This document shows, piece by piece, positions 10,551-25,535 of a stretch of 64,000 nucleotides of DNA. The number at the start of each line of letters is the position of its first letter. The first letter of the stretch is position 1. A program made the translations under genes and the position numbers. Source of the DNA: Eledone cirrhosa (lineage: Eukaryota); NCBI GenBank assembly GCA_964016885.1, contig CAXHJY010000431.1, positions 1 to 64,000 of the forward strand, given 5' to 3'. The notes beneath the pieces are model-generated. The model was not told the DNA's origin. It saw nothing but the letters and a program-made list of their open reading frames with translations, and did not search any database.

Positions 10551-13500
10551 TTCTTCTGGTTTTATAATTTCACAAAGTTTTACCAATACAGAGAGAGTCG
10601 GTTTCTAACATAGACACAAGACTCTCTCATTGGAATTTACACATCAACTAGATAGATTATGTATGCATGTGTAGATATTGATGTTATTGTATGTGTGGAT
10701 GTGTATGTTTTGAGTTGTATGTGTGCATGTGTATATGCTTTGCATCTGTACATGTGTATATGCAGTTATTAGATGCAAAATCTTTAGAATGTTTTACATA
10801 TTTTTTACTGTTCCATCAATGGAGTGTACTTGTAATTTCCTAACTAGTTGTGTTCTTTCTGTTCCTGTGAACCCTAGCTTCTCAAGATTTGTATTGAGGC
10901 AGTTACGAACATACCCCAGTGCCCCAATAATCACGGGCATAAATCTGAAGGTGTAATCAGAGTGGAGTATCTGCAGATTTCTCATCAGTTCTGCATAAAT
11001 ATTCTCCTTTTCACTAATCCTTGATATTATATTGGCATCTGCTGGGCAGCTAATTTCCATTACTGTGCATGTTTTCTTCTCCCTGTCCCATATCATAATA
11101 TCTGCTCTGTTAGGCCTGCATTTTATTTAGGTTTTTACTGGAACATGCCACCAGTACTCTTTCATATTATGTACATGGATGTCTTCCACACTGCTGTAGC
11201 TTTTAATGTGTTTATTATCGGGGCTATCTTTTCTACGGATTGCATTGTACAGTGTTTTGGACACTACATCATGCCTCATAGGTAGATAGTACCGCGATGA
11301 CATCTTTGGAAAGCTGCTGATGACATGGGTGATATCCTCGATATTAGTTCTGCAGAGTCTGCACTTGTTATCACATCTAGGTGTTTTGCCTGCATCCCTA
11401 TCTCTTTTGTGAATCAGGTATTTCGTGTTAATTTCCTGTTCTTCAATTGCAAAAGCCTATCCTTCAAAGTGGGAGCCAATATAGCGGTTGTTGGTCCAAG
11501 ATAGACTACTTTCCTTATCTATATTACTCTCACTCTGGAGCTTCCTGGCAACATATCCATGCATGACTTTTTGCTGATAGGCATGCAGTTTTTCATCCAT
11601 AGATTCACTGCGATATTGCTGAGCGACATCCCTGGGTGTGAGTTTTTGATTATCACACAGGGAATATCTCTCGAGGAGTTCCTTCCCAACTCTCATGGTC
11701 TTATCTGTTTCATGCAGATAGACTTGCTCGAGAAGCGGGCTCCTACGCTTCGAGGTTCGTAGATGTTGTCGGAGAGATATGATGCGACATTCAAATGTTG
11801 TCTGGACTGATGTTAGGCCTCTGCCTCCCTGCTTACGTTTCAAGTAAAGGCGGTCTATGTCACTGTTGATGTGGAAGTTTCCGGTGTTGTTCAGTATTTT
11901 TCGAGTTCCAACATCAACTGCTCGGATTTCGTCTATCGTCCAATTGAGTATTCCAAACGTTGGTGTTAGGACAGGCACAGCAAACACATTGTGAGCCACT
12001 GTTTTGTTTTGCGCAGAGAGTTCCGATGACCAAATCTTTCTTAATCGGGTGTAGTATTCCCTGGTTACGCGTTCTTTATTACAGATACCATTATAGGATA
12101 TGTTCTCATCTATCCTCAGGTATCTGTAGCAGTCCTCATCAGATATCGGTGAAACAGTTAGACCATAGATTGGGTTGTTGTTTTCCCCCGCTTTACAGTC
12201 ATGTATGAGCATTTATCTTGGCCAAACTCCATTCCTATATCCTTTGAGAACGTTGTAACCAGGCCAAGATTTTTCTTCATCCCATCCATGTTCTTGGCAT
12301 AGAGTTTCAGATCGTCCACAAAGGTTCGTATTTCTGTCCTTCTGTGAGCCAATGAGCCAATGATGTAACACTCACATCTTTTGAGCAGAAAAGACAAGGG
12401 GTTTAATGACAAGATGAACAATATCACAGAGAGACTGTCCCCCTGAAATATACCCCTGCAATATTTTATTTTATCAGTGAAAATAGAGTCCTCCCTCTCT
12501 GTTTTTAACCTTAGGATAGTAGCCCAAGAAGAAGACAGCCTCTCTATGACTCTGACAATAATGTCTGGGACTTTAGCCAGTTGGAGGGCCTCTATCATCC
12601 AAGAGTGGGGAACAGAATCGAAAGCTTTCCTGTAGTCTAGTCAGACTGTAGTCATATTCCTCCTAAGTTGTCGCACCTCCGACATCGCAGTTTTGTTGAT
12701 TAGGAGTTGTTCAGCACATCCCCAAACCCCTTTCTTTCCAGCTGCTTGTTCATCTGTGATGATGTTATTATTTTCACAGTGATCTTGGAGGAATAGGTTC
12801 AGGCAGGCTGTATACATCTTATACATCAGGTTCTGGCATGCAATGGGTCGGTAGTTTTTTTGCCAAGTGGGTATCTTTGTTCTTGGGGACTAGTAACATT
12901 TGTGCTAATGTCAACCATTCTGGTATAAGTGTATCTCCATTAAGAACTTGTTGGTAGAGGTAAGTAAGATACCTCCGATAGAATATTAGTTTTTTTGTAC
13001 CAGTAGCCGACAATCATGTCTTTTCCTGGTGTATTCTTATCTTGGAGTTTTCCTATCACAGTCTCAAGGGTAACTTCACTTATTTCGTATGTTTTTGTTG
13101 TAGTGTAGGAGCAATAGTTCTTTCGGATTTCTCTTAGCCACACTGCATCTTGGTTGAAATTCTTCTTTTGACCTCATATTTTTCTCCAAAAGGAACCTAT
13201 GTCTTTCTGGGATGGGGCTTCAGTGACACTTATTATTTTGCCCTTCATATCTCGATAGACTGATGTTTGGTTTCGTCTGAATCTTTTATTAAGCATTTTT
13301 CTCTCATCTACCTTCTTCAGGAATCGGCGTTTTTCGCTAACAGCTCTCAATTTTTGTTTGAGGGTGATCAGCTTATATTGGAGAGTTCTGGTTCTACTGT
13401 TACCAAACATCGTCTCTATTTTACTTTTCACTCTTTGTTGGTGAGGAGTGAGATTTTTTTGTGTTTGTTTGCATGTGAAGAGCATTGTCACATGTCCCAT

Positions 13501-14640
13501 GTTTTTTCGTAGGTCAGCACTCTTTTTTTCTATTTTAGTTATATATGATGGTATTTTTGGTGGTGTTTTGGTCTTGTTAATATCTCTGCTATCACCAAGA
13601 TAATGCTTCACTGTCATTGCTAAGGCATATAAACAGGCGTTGATTTGCCAAAATGTTGGGGTTTTTATCCATCGTAAATATTCATCCCCTATTTCGTCAA
13701 TAACACGTAGTATTTCATTATTTGGTTTTTTTATTCACCATTGTCATTTTAACAGAGATATTTATACATGAATTAATTTCTCTCTGGAAGATTTCGTTGC
13801 GGGAAATTTTCAATTGTTTATACTTTTGATTATCATTATCGATAGTATTTTCCACAACAGTCGAGGTAGACTCGGATGGTATACGTGGTGTCACATTTAT
13901 TCGATTATTATTATTATTTCTTCGATTATTATTATTATCGATAGTGTTTTCCCCAGCATTCGAGGTAGACTTAGATGGTACAGGTGGTGTCAAGTTTCTT
14001 ACAGGCATAGTTGTTTCAAGGCGCTGTTAGACCTGGCTGCTAGGAAGTCTAGTAGCATGGCGATCTGTAGCACGTGTTGTTGATTCCATGTTTGTTGTGG
14101 GGGACTTACAATTAATAATATTTATCTTAATTTTACGTTCAACAAACGTCGCTTGTTGGCGTAATTATTTCGCTGTGAAATAATTTAGCTCTGGGTGCAT
14201 TTCGTCCCAGTGTAGCCTCATTCTATTCATATAGCCAATGGAGGGATTGTTTTTTGCCATTTTATAACAATTAAATAAATCATCATTAAGTTCGCAACTC
14301 CAAGAGAAATGCGATTTATAATTTCGGTTTCTTCTGTAGCTACAACTGAATAAAGTTTGATTACCTTCCTTGTTATTTGTCTTCGATACTTCCTTAATTT
14401 TGTTGTTGATGTTGTGTTCAGCCATGCTGTTTGTAGCAAATCCTTGTAAAATGAATTATGTATTTAGTCGGATATCTCTACGAATTCGAATAAAAGGTGT
14501 CTTCAGAAGGGATGGTTAGAAGAATAACCAGTTATTCAACCTGGCTGTAGTTGTGGCATTACTGTCGGAGATAGTATTCATCCTAAATTTAATAAATAGT
14601 CTCCCACGCCAAAATATGCGACTGATCGCGTTGATTGATT
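10551..14640 (-). mobile_element. Dong family A, near full-length (~4.1 kb), disrupted ORF
   Basis: N-terminal R4-type Myb-like region (WSCELNDDLFNCY...GYMNRMRLHW, 14165-14425), RT pieces 12158-13143, RLE 10794-11096; (TATG)n at both ends. Confidence 0.92.
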
Positions 14641-14671
14641 ATGTATGTATGTACGTATGTATGTATGTATG

Positions 14672-15095
14672 TCAAGTCACTTACGAGTGCTACTGGTAAC
14701 ATGTAACTCTGTACAACATGTCTCATGGTCAGGTCGTCGGCGACTAAACCGGCAACCCCACCAAGCTTGCTTGGTGAGGAGGGTGATATTTGGACACCCT
14801 GCGGGATAAAATACAAGACCTTGCGAAGGGCGGAGGAACTCAGCAGAGTCAACGGACATCCAAATAGTACATTTTTTTTTTCACCCGGAACTGAAAGGCC
14901 CCCAGTTGTTGTCACAACACCTTTCTAAGAGAGGGAAACTCTGAAAAAAAAAACCTGCGGCTTCGGAAACATCCGATGATGTTGACCAGTTCTCCTTTTC
15001 GGGTAGTGTTTTCGATGCTCAGAGAATGGGATTGGTCGAGTGCAAGGCCTTTCACCACTTAAAAAACCTTCAAAGCACAGGCATTGCTTGTTCAG
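14672..15095 (+). mobile_element. RTE-type 5'UTR fragment
   Basis: ctaagagagggaaactctga...gatgatgttgac...gcacaggcattgc is shared with 4750-4910 and 6000-6135; it starts at (TATG)n. Confidence 0.6.
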
Positions 15096-15307
15096 GATAT
15101 GTTACAGGTTCGTGTATGGGAGATTCCTAGCAGATAACATAAAATAAGCTACACCGTATGCTTAATTTAGGTTGCTCTGCTAGGAATCTTTCCTATTTAA
15201 CTCTGTAAAAGTTATTCTGTATATGTATATAATTCTCTAAGTGGTAAATTTAGCTAGCTATTATTTATAGCGATTTTCAGTACATAAGCGACATATAACC
15301 TTCTGTT

Positions 15308-16950
<1,643 letters not shown>

Positions 16951-17076
16951 TGGAGAGAGAGGTGAGGAAGAGAAGATATATAACTTAGAAAATAACGTAG
17001 TGGGTTTAAGAAGTATAACAATATTTAGCCTTACCTTTTACTCTCTCTCCAGGGTGCGAACGAATGAATGAAGAAA

Positions 17077-17108
<32 letters not shown>

Positions 17109-17374
17109 ATGGCTTTGCCGCCGCCGCTGCTGCTATTTCACTTCAATCATGATCCAGTTTGGAGGAGGTCATTCAAGATAGTATTTGGGTGGTGATTAAA
17201 AAAAATATATATATATAAGTGATAAGAAGTCTGTCCTTGTAATATAAACTCAACAGTTATAAATAGAAAAAAATAACGAAATTAAATAAATAAAATAACT
17301 AACAAAATAAATTCTATAGCTTCAACAAGAGAAAGTTCAGTAGCCTGAGAAAATATCTTTATATGTATAGGGGA

Positions 17375-18290
17375 ATGTGTGTGTGCGGTTTAGAGGTTCA
17401 CATCGCAATCACTTAGTTTCATGTTTCGTTGCCATTGCGTGGCTCCTTGGTTAATTGTCACCTATTATAGCTTCCCGTTGACCAACGCATTGTGAAGGTA
17501 ATTTGATGAATGTAAATTGTGATAAAAAAGATCGATGTCATAAGTACTAGGTTGAAAGAAATAAGTACTGGAAGTAATATGATCAACTAAATCCTTGAAT
17601 GCAGTGCACCTGTATAGCCACAACTATATGATTAGAACTAATAAAAGTGTATAGCTAAAATCTATGTAGTATAGCTGCAGACATGGCTGAATGGTTCAGT
17701 TTACTTCGTAAATTATGAGATCGACACCTCCGCCAGGTATTTTGGAGGCCATTAACACAGCCTTGGATCAATCGAAACCTTGTGAATGAAATTTGATGAT
17801 GGAAACTGTGCAGGGGCTTATCTCTGGGATTGCAACTGGTAATTTTGATAAGGGTATACGTGTCTGTAAAATCTCAACCATTTACATGTTAATTCATGTT
17901 TTGGGCGTTCAGTTGATTAAACAACTAAATGTTCATCGTCAAAACCTATCAGTATCAGTATCAGTAGAGCTAGGTATTACATAGTCAACTAAATCGATAG
18001 AATGTTGTAATGCTAATCGAAGATTTGACGGCTTGTATCCTGGCGCCTGCGCCGCGTTGTGTTTCTAAATAAAGATACATATTTTCCTCAAAAGCGGCGA
18101 ATTCGCTGTCATTAGAACGTCGTCATTCGCTGTCATTAGAATGATTTGCGGCATTCATTCTGGGGTTCTGCACTCTCTGAGTTCAAATCCTGCCGAGGTC
18201 AATTTTGTCTTTCAACTTTTCGAGGTCGATAAAAAAGTAGCTGTTCAGTACTGGGATCAAATCGTCCACTATGTCTCTTTCTGACATTCT
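17375..18290 (+). mobile_element. Cluster of degenerate tRNA-derived SINEs
   Basis: B-box-like gagttcaaatcc followed by the S1 body at 18179-18260. Other SINE-like bodies at 17375-17660 and 17675-17945, the latter related to 63300-63470. Confidence 0.55.
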
Positions 18291-18416
18291 CTCTTTCCTT
18301 CCGTGGAAGAAATCGGTTGTCATGCCTGGCGAGAAAATAATTTCCGACAGGTTTAAAGTTTCCTAGACATGCCGTATGTCACATACGCGCCCATACGATT
18401 CCAGGAGTTGTAGGTC

Positions 18417-20386
18417 TGTAGCAGTTGCCTCCCTTGTTGTGACTCACAACCCCAATAGATTAACAACATCTAGACGGGAAGTAGAACCCTTTCTGTAACT
18501 TCCGGTCAGAACCCTATAAAACTAACAACTTTAAGTTCTCACTCTCTCATTTGCCCTTCCGGCGCCTGGCCTTCGCCAGGCGTCTTCTGCCAGCCTGCAT
18601 TTGCCTGGCAATCAAAACGGTAACTACTAACTTTGCTTCATTCTTTCGTTTATTCATTGACATGTCAACTATACTGTTAAATTGTTGATTAAATATTATA
18701 CACACAAACAATGTCTCTTTGTTACATTCATACAACCTAGTATCCTCGCTATATTGGTAAGCCTGACGTGATACGAACACGCAGCCGTTCATTGTTATAA
18801 GTGGTCACCCTGAAAAAAGAAAAAAATAGCAGAATCTGGTGTTGTGTGAGTAACATTACGAATACACAGCAAATTTTATTGACAAACTATGAAAATACGC
18901 AGTCAAAGAAACGCACATGTGAAATTTTCGCACAGACAGACTTTTTCTCTCACGCATCAACTAACTGTCGCATTTCACGATATATATATCTTTCTCGTTT
19001 CTTACAACGAACACTTTCAAAACAAAAAAATGTTTTAAAAACATTTCAACAGGAACATTTATTTTCGATTAACCATTGCCTTTTTTTTTTCATCGTTTTC
19101 TTCATCGTTCAAGTTTTTTTTCAAAGTTCACACCAATAATTATGCTAAGTGAAGCCTTTCTTTTTCATCATTGTCACTTACACACATTTTTTTTCAAAAT
19201 TGCTGCCAACGGCCTGTTGCACTTTCATTTTCTCGCGCGTTAGAAATATTATTTTTTTCAACCTAACTTAACCTTGTATTGGCACGTGTAGGCAGCACAA
19301 ATTCTCGACTCACAGAGATAGCCGCACGCCAGAGATAACGTTTCTCGCCAAGGATTCTTCAGCCTTAAGCTATATTCTCCTATTTGCCGGTTTAAAAATT
19401 TACCACGTAAATTTGCCGTTGAAAACTGCGCATTTATTCAGAATGCTTATTTCTTTGGTCGCTGGCCTCTTGACCCTTCCAGGTCAACGCATTCTCAACA
19501 TCGACCATCAACTTCGGCTGTTATTTCTAACACTTTGCGCAACTCATTTTTTCCTAAAAATTTTTTTTACTGTGAATTTAAACACCGAATACGCTCACTC
19601 CGCGAGACAACAACATCAACAGCAACACAGCTTCACCAACAACCAAAACCAGCAGAACAAGCCAGAGAATTTATTTTTGCAGCACTCTTCCTGTGAGAAA
19701 ATCCATTCGGAGTTTGGAAATTTCACGATATACCACAGAACAGAAACCACCTGCATTCATTCTCTGGAACACACTTCTTTCCTGCTGTCATGTGATTGCA
19801 CACCTGTGAACTATATTTTGTACATTTGAACTTTGAGCTCTTCTCTTACTTTATTACATTGTATCTTTAGGTGATGGATAGATAGATGTCCAGTCGTTCT
19901 CTGGTCAAGAGCGGTTGGCTACCTTGACATCTATCATTGATTTTTGCAAACATTCTTTTGTCGTAATTTTCATGCCTGTTACAACATTCTCGCCAACTTG
20001 CTACATATTTCATTCGATTTTTATATTCTAAAATTCTGGCGGGAGGTTATGTAGCAGTTGCCTCCCTTGTTGTGACTCACAACCCCAATAGATTAACAAC
20101 ATCTAGACGGGAAGTAGAACCCTTTCTGTAACTTCCGGTCAGAACCCTACAAAACTAACAACTTTAAGTTCTCACTCTCTCATTTGCCCTTCCGGCGCCT
20201 GGCCTTCGCCAGGCGTCTTCTGCCAGCCTGCGTTTGCCTGGCAATCAAAACGGTAACTACTAACTTTGCTTCATTCTTTCGTTTATTCATTGACATGTCA
20301 ACTATACTGTTAAATTGTTGATTAAATATTATACACAAAAACAATGTCTCTTTGTTACATTCATACAACCCAGTATCCTCGCTATA
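18417..20386 (+). mobile_element. Non-autonomous LTR retrotransposon (Gypsy-like; 337-bp LTRs)
   Basis: LTRs 18417-18753 and 20050-20386 (TG...TA, ~4 mismatches). 4-bp TSD GGTC. PBS tggtaagcctgacgtgat resembles the tRNA-Trp 3' complement. PPT-like ggcgggagg precedes the 3' LTR. No pol ORF. Confidence 0.9.
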
Positions 20387-21174
20387 GGTCCATACATACA
20401 TATTTTCACACTATTCACATTTTAACCCCATTTATTTCTCCTTTTCAACCTCTCTTAGGCCGAAGCTATTTTTAGTCGTCCTTCTGCCATCCTGTTATAA
20501 CATGGCTGATATTTGAACACTGTTGCTTTTTTACTTTCTCTTCCTTTCATGTTTTTGTCTCGATTTTCTTCCTCGTCTGTTCTCCATGTTCTTCTATTCT
20601 AAAAAATTCCTCTCATCTTTCATGTTTTCCTTTCAGAAAAAGGATTAGCGTCCAAAACAGTTTGAAATATTTTTCTTTTTGTCTTAGCATAATGCTTACA
20701 AACCGCTACAACAAAGAAAATGGCCTTAAAACGCTTGCTGTGTTGTTCTTGTATAAATCTTCTATTACCATTTTTAGCATCCTGGTAGCCACATTTACAT
20801 TTCGTTTGACAGAACTACAAAGTTAACCCGTTCCTTAACGTATTTCTAATAAAATAATTTATATTTTAATTAATGAAGAATTTGGGAAGGATTTACTAAA
20901 ACTATAATTTCATTAAGGTGGTGTTTGTAAAATTACAAAATATTCTTATATAAAATTACGTTAAAAAGTTTCAATTTAAATAGGAACCCTTTAAAGTTTG
21001 TGGTTTTGTTTCGTAGAAACACAGGCAGGTTTAGGACGGTGGATTGTTATCAAAACAGTTAATTGCCAAAGATAACTTGCATTGCTCGGAACACCACGTC
21101 CCCTTTTCACGTTTGGTACCTGGATGATGCCACGTTGGGCGAATTCGTTGAGACTGCCTGTCACGACCAGCAGT

Positions 21175-21527
21175 TATGCCAGTGCATTACTGGTACTTTA
21201 TTTTATCGACCCATAAGGATGAAAGGCAAAGTTAACCATGGCAAGATTTGAACTCAGACCATAAAGGGCCGTAACTCTTTGCTGCAAAGCATGGCGTCCG
21301 ACCATCTACCGATACTGCCAATCCACAATGTTTAAAAATAAGTGTCTCTACTTTAGGCACAAGGCCAGCAATTACCCAGTGCATTACTGGTACTTTATTT
21401 TATCGACCCCGTAAGGATGAAAGGCAAAGTCAACCTCGGTGGGATTTGAACTCAGATCGTAAAGGGATGTAACTATGCTGGAAAGCATGGCGTCCGACCC
21501 TCTACTGATACTGCCAATCCACCGCCC
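21175..21527 (-). mobile_element. Two tandem S1 tRNA-SINE copies
   Basis: tactttattttatcgaccc..taaggatgaaaggcaaagt..atttgaactcag; the reverse strand carries a B box and a conserved central domain. Confidence 0.85.
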
Positions 21528-22750
21528 TTGTTTAAAAAGTAATAAAATAAAATAAATTAGCTACTGTACATAGTACAGTACATATGAATAATGAATATAA
21601 ATTACCCCAGGTCATACACAGTTTTTCAAGTTTCGTCTATATCGACTTATGACCGGTTGGTTGGAGTACTGGAAGCCTTAGACGTCTAGTGGTCTATTGA
21701 GCTGCATTGTTCGACTGACTACTCGATCCGACTGACCTGGGGCTACATAGCAACTATTTCAAAAGATTCTATTATAAAAACTTTGAAGATAGAGTGTTCT
21801 TAAATATAATTAGCTTCACAAAACCTATCACTTTTGGAAAAAAAAGTAAGTGGTAAAAATGAGAATAAGCATTATCGTAAAAATACTTATAATTGGTTGT
21901 CGTAAATTCCGATCAGAAATATAGCAGAAATACGCCAAGAGGATCTTACGATAATGTCTCTCAGGGAAATATAATCAACGATAAATGACGTCTATTTCTA
22001 TTCAAGCTTTAGACACAATTTCAATTTCACATTGTTTCCGTGAATTTCCATTATAGTTTATAACATTTCGACTTACTCTTCTGATATTCCTCTGGGATTG
22101 AACTGTTAATCTAAACTGTCTTTCTATTGCTGTGAAGGAAATGAAAAATTTATTGAGAAAAGATTGAATGTAATGTATATATTTTTAGAAATATATTCTG
22201 TTTAAAGTCGCTAAAAGTAGAAATTGCTTGAAATATATCTCGTCTTTATGCAGCAGACACATTGGTCATTTTATCATAACCTTTAACTCTTCAAATTATA
22301 TGAACATGACGCCTGTAAGTGATCACTGTCAACGTAATTTCCATCAACTATGCTATTTTCAAAGGTCCAGATCTTTAAATTTATAAGTAGATCGAAATGG
22401 AAGTTTAGAACTTTCGTGTCTTTTATAATGGCTTTAGCAGTATAAGTAGAGTAAAATGTCCACAATCTGGAACCGAAATCAAAATGAAGAATTCGTTTCT
22501 TCGAGAGCTTCAAAGTTGCCCGAACACGTTCACCAATGATTTAGGCTCCCTTCGGTCACGATTGACTATGGATTTGCACCTGGAAATTTATTGTCAAACG
22601 TGCAAACCAAGGTAAGGTGTTTTTATTAAAGTTCAGCTGTCGCTCATATATATTAGTCTCGCCCCTCCATGACACAAATGTTGTCCAAAGGAAAGGAAAA
22701 GGCTGATATAGCTTGATATCAGTGACGTCGCAAACATATACTACATACAC

Positions 22751-22938
22751 CGGGCATGTCAACATGCGGCCCGTGGGCCGCATGCATTCCTTTACAAGCA
22801 CACCTGCGGCCCGCACGAAGGTTTTTACAGCGCGAGCGTAATATAAAATAAAAAAAATATTAGTTGTCAAGTGTGGCCCCCAGACAACACATATGTCAAC
22901 CATGTGGCCCTCGGGGGACCCTCAGTTTGACATGCCTG
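22751..22938. mobile_element. hAT (Charlie-like) MITE
   Basis: TIRs cgggcatgtcaa / ttgacatgcctg; gcggccc subterminal motifs; 8-bp TSD acatacac/atatacac. Confidence 0.85.
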
Positions 22939-24054
22939 ATATACACTATATATACTATATATATACACCATATACACTACATTTACACTATATAAGATGT
23001 ACAAGAAAAAATGCTTAGGCCGATACAGCTTGGCACCATTGTCGTCGTAATTCATGCTTTCTGGCTGAATTGACGGGTGCAACGCGAACGAAAGTGTCTT
23101 AATCAAAGACACAACTTGCCACACAACCCAGTAATCTGATTCATGGCGTTACCATTTTGAGCTGAACATCCTAACCTTTAAGTTACACGCCATCACCGTT
23201 CACCACTACTGCACTATTTTATCAGTTGTTTAATTTAACTTTTCAACACAATGCAACGCCATCAAGCCAAAAAAGGAAATCACGTATGAAAATGTTATTA
23301 AGTAAATAATAGTGCATTCTGCTTTGGTCGACTTTGCTTTTCATTCCCCCATTAGCTATAAATAAATAGACATGTACTGGAGATAGCTCAATTGATTTCT
23401 TTTCTTCATTGCAAGTGTTTAACCGTATGTCAAAGTAACGAATTAATCTTATAGACTAAAATAATATCTCCCTTAGGTGTCATTTTTCACCGATCTGTGA
23501 GCTATTTAGTAGAATTAAAGGCAACCGTGATGCGGTTTTAACCCTCGCTTGGAGCATTTATTTTATTTCACTCTCCTCATTGAGTCATTTGGAAAGCTGC
23601 ACATCCCATTTCTTTCATTGTAAAACACGTGAATTAAAATTAAATGAAAGAAAATATTACTCACTACCAGCAGAAATTATTATAAGTATAACTAAACAGA
23701 AATGTTTTCCCCCTACAAACTTACATTTCATCTGATCAGTTTTATGGAGCCTAAAGGTATTTCAAATTTGCGCTGGAGGTCAATTGACTTGAACTAACTC
23801 TTTTTTACATTAGAAACAATAGCCAAATACTTTAAAATTGGCTCGAGCATTTATATGAAAGTCTACCGTTTCATATACATACATGGTCTCGTAGTGACAT
23901 ACGATGTTTCTTGGGCACTTTCTGAAAACCTGGCGGAGCCCATCCCTCTCAGGGTCCAAACACAACAGATTTCGTTCAGAGAAGTAGAGAAAGTGAAAGA
24001 GAGGAAGTGATAAAGAGATATACAGGAAGAATCGACCTCATTCCTACACTAACA

Positions 24055-24470
24055 CCTTTTATCGACCCTGAAAAGATGAAAAGCAAAGTTGATTTCGGTG
24101 GGATTTGAGCTCAGAGAACAGAGAGCTGGAACGACTACCGCAAAACATTCTATCCGACGTTCTAGCGACTCTGCCAATTCGTCGCCTACCATTTTATATA
24201 TCTACAGTCATTTCATGATGGAATCTTTTAGAGAGTTAATCTGAAAACAAATACAGGAGAAAATATACAATAAACAATAATTTTTTCTACTTTTGGCACA
24301 AGGCCAGCAATTATCCCAGTGCATTACTGGTACTTTATTTTATCGACCCCCGTAAGGATGAAAGGCAAAGTTAACCTCGGCGGGATTTGAACTCAGATCA
24401 TAAAGGGAGGTAACTCTATGCTTCAAAGCATGGCGCCCGACCCTCTAACGATACTGCCAATCTACCGCCC
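24055..24470 (-). mobile_element. Two S1 SINE copies (24055-24190, 24285-24470)
   Basis: Same motif as the 21.2-21.5 kb copies; further pieces at 25060-25230, 28730-28870, 39585-39685 and 60070-60235. Confidence 0.8.
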
Positions 24471-25244
24471 TATACAATAATGCAAAGTAAAATTGTTATC
24501 AGGCATTCTTTTTTTTTTGTGATAGGAAAAAAATAAAAAGACGAAATAATCGATTAATATGTCGTTTTAAGAAACACATTTTTGATTATTCTATAGAACA
24601 ATTTAATCCTTTTCGCTGCAATAGTCCAGAGTGATTAGTTTGCAGACAGTATTTATTTTTCCCCCTTTTCAGAAGAGAATAACGGTAAAAAATTACGTAT
24701 TAATATCAATCTTCAAAGTAAAATCGTATGACAAAATTATAGAATTAAGTTTTATCTTGCGTGCCAGCCAGAATTTGTACTAAAAGAAATGTTGCACTTG
24801 TAATGTGTACTGAAAACTACGTCTCTTACTGTTTAGTTAGGGAGCAAGGTACAGTGCTCATGGCAGCTTTCAGAGCTGTAGAGCCTGGCGACAGAGTGTA
24901 AGAGATGTATCTTGGTCCGAATGCTTACAACAGAATGAATTCTGTTAAAAGCACCCAAGGGTTAGGTGGTGGTGTTAAACACGGTAATAGATTAAATCTA
25001 CCACCCAAGGACCAGCTGGTAGTGTTAAACAGGGTGACAGATTAAGTTTACCACCCATGTGCGGAATTTGGTCTGAGAAAGCAAAGAGCTGAAACAAATA
25101 CCACAGGGCATTTCGTCCGACACTCTAACATTTCCACCAGCCCACCACTCCCTGGTCTGATACTTTATTTTATCGATCTAGAAACGATGAAAGATAAAGT
25201 TGATCTCAAGGGGGATTTGAACTCAAATCGCAGATCTACTGTAA

Positions 25245-25535
25245 CGCTGTCTTGTGTCGTGAAGATTATTTCTTTATAAGTGATGATGTCACGATATTGT
25301 ATGTTGTGAAAACCATTTCTCTATATGCGATGATGTCACTACATTGTGTTGTGAAAACTATTTCTCTAGATCTGCTGATATCACAACATCTTGTATTGTG
25401 AAGACTTTTTCTCTAGATCTGATGTCACAATATTTTGTGTGGTGAATACTATTTCTCTAAATCTGATGATGTCACGATATTGTGTGTTGTGAATACTATT
25501 TCTCTAGATCTGATGATATCACGATAGTGTGTATT
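25245..25535. repeat. ~47-bp minisatellite, ~6 copies
   Basis: Unit ttgtgtgttgtgaatactatttctctagatctgatgatgtcacgata. Confidence 0.85.

Noticed and set aside
22281-22580. Possible minus-strand host exon (AG...GT bounded)
   Set aside because: No frame is open across it and no recognisable domain.
25245-25535. CTGATGA and GTGAAA in the 47-bp repeat, suggesting tandem hammerheads or C/D snoRNA boxes
   Set aside because: Stems I-III do not pair convincingly and GAAA is not conserved among units.
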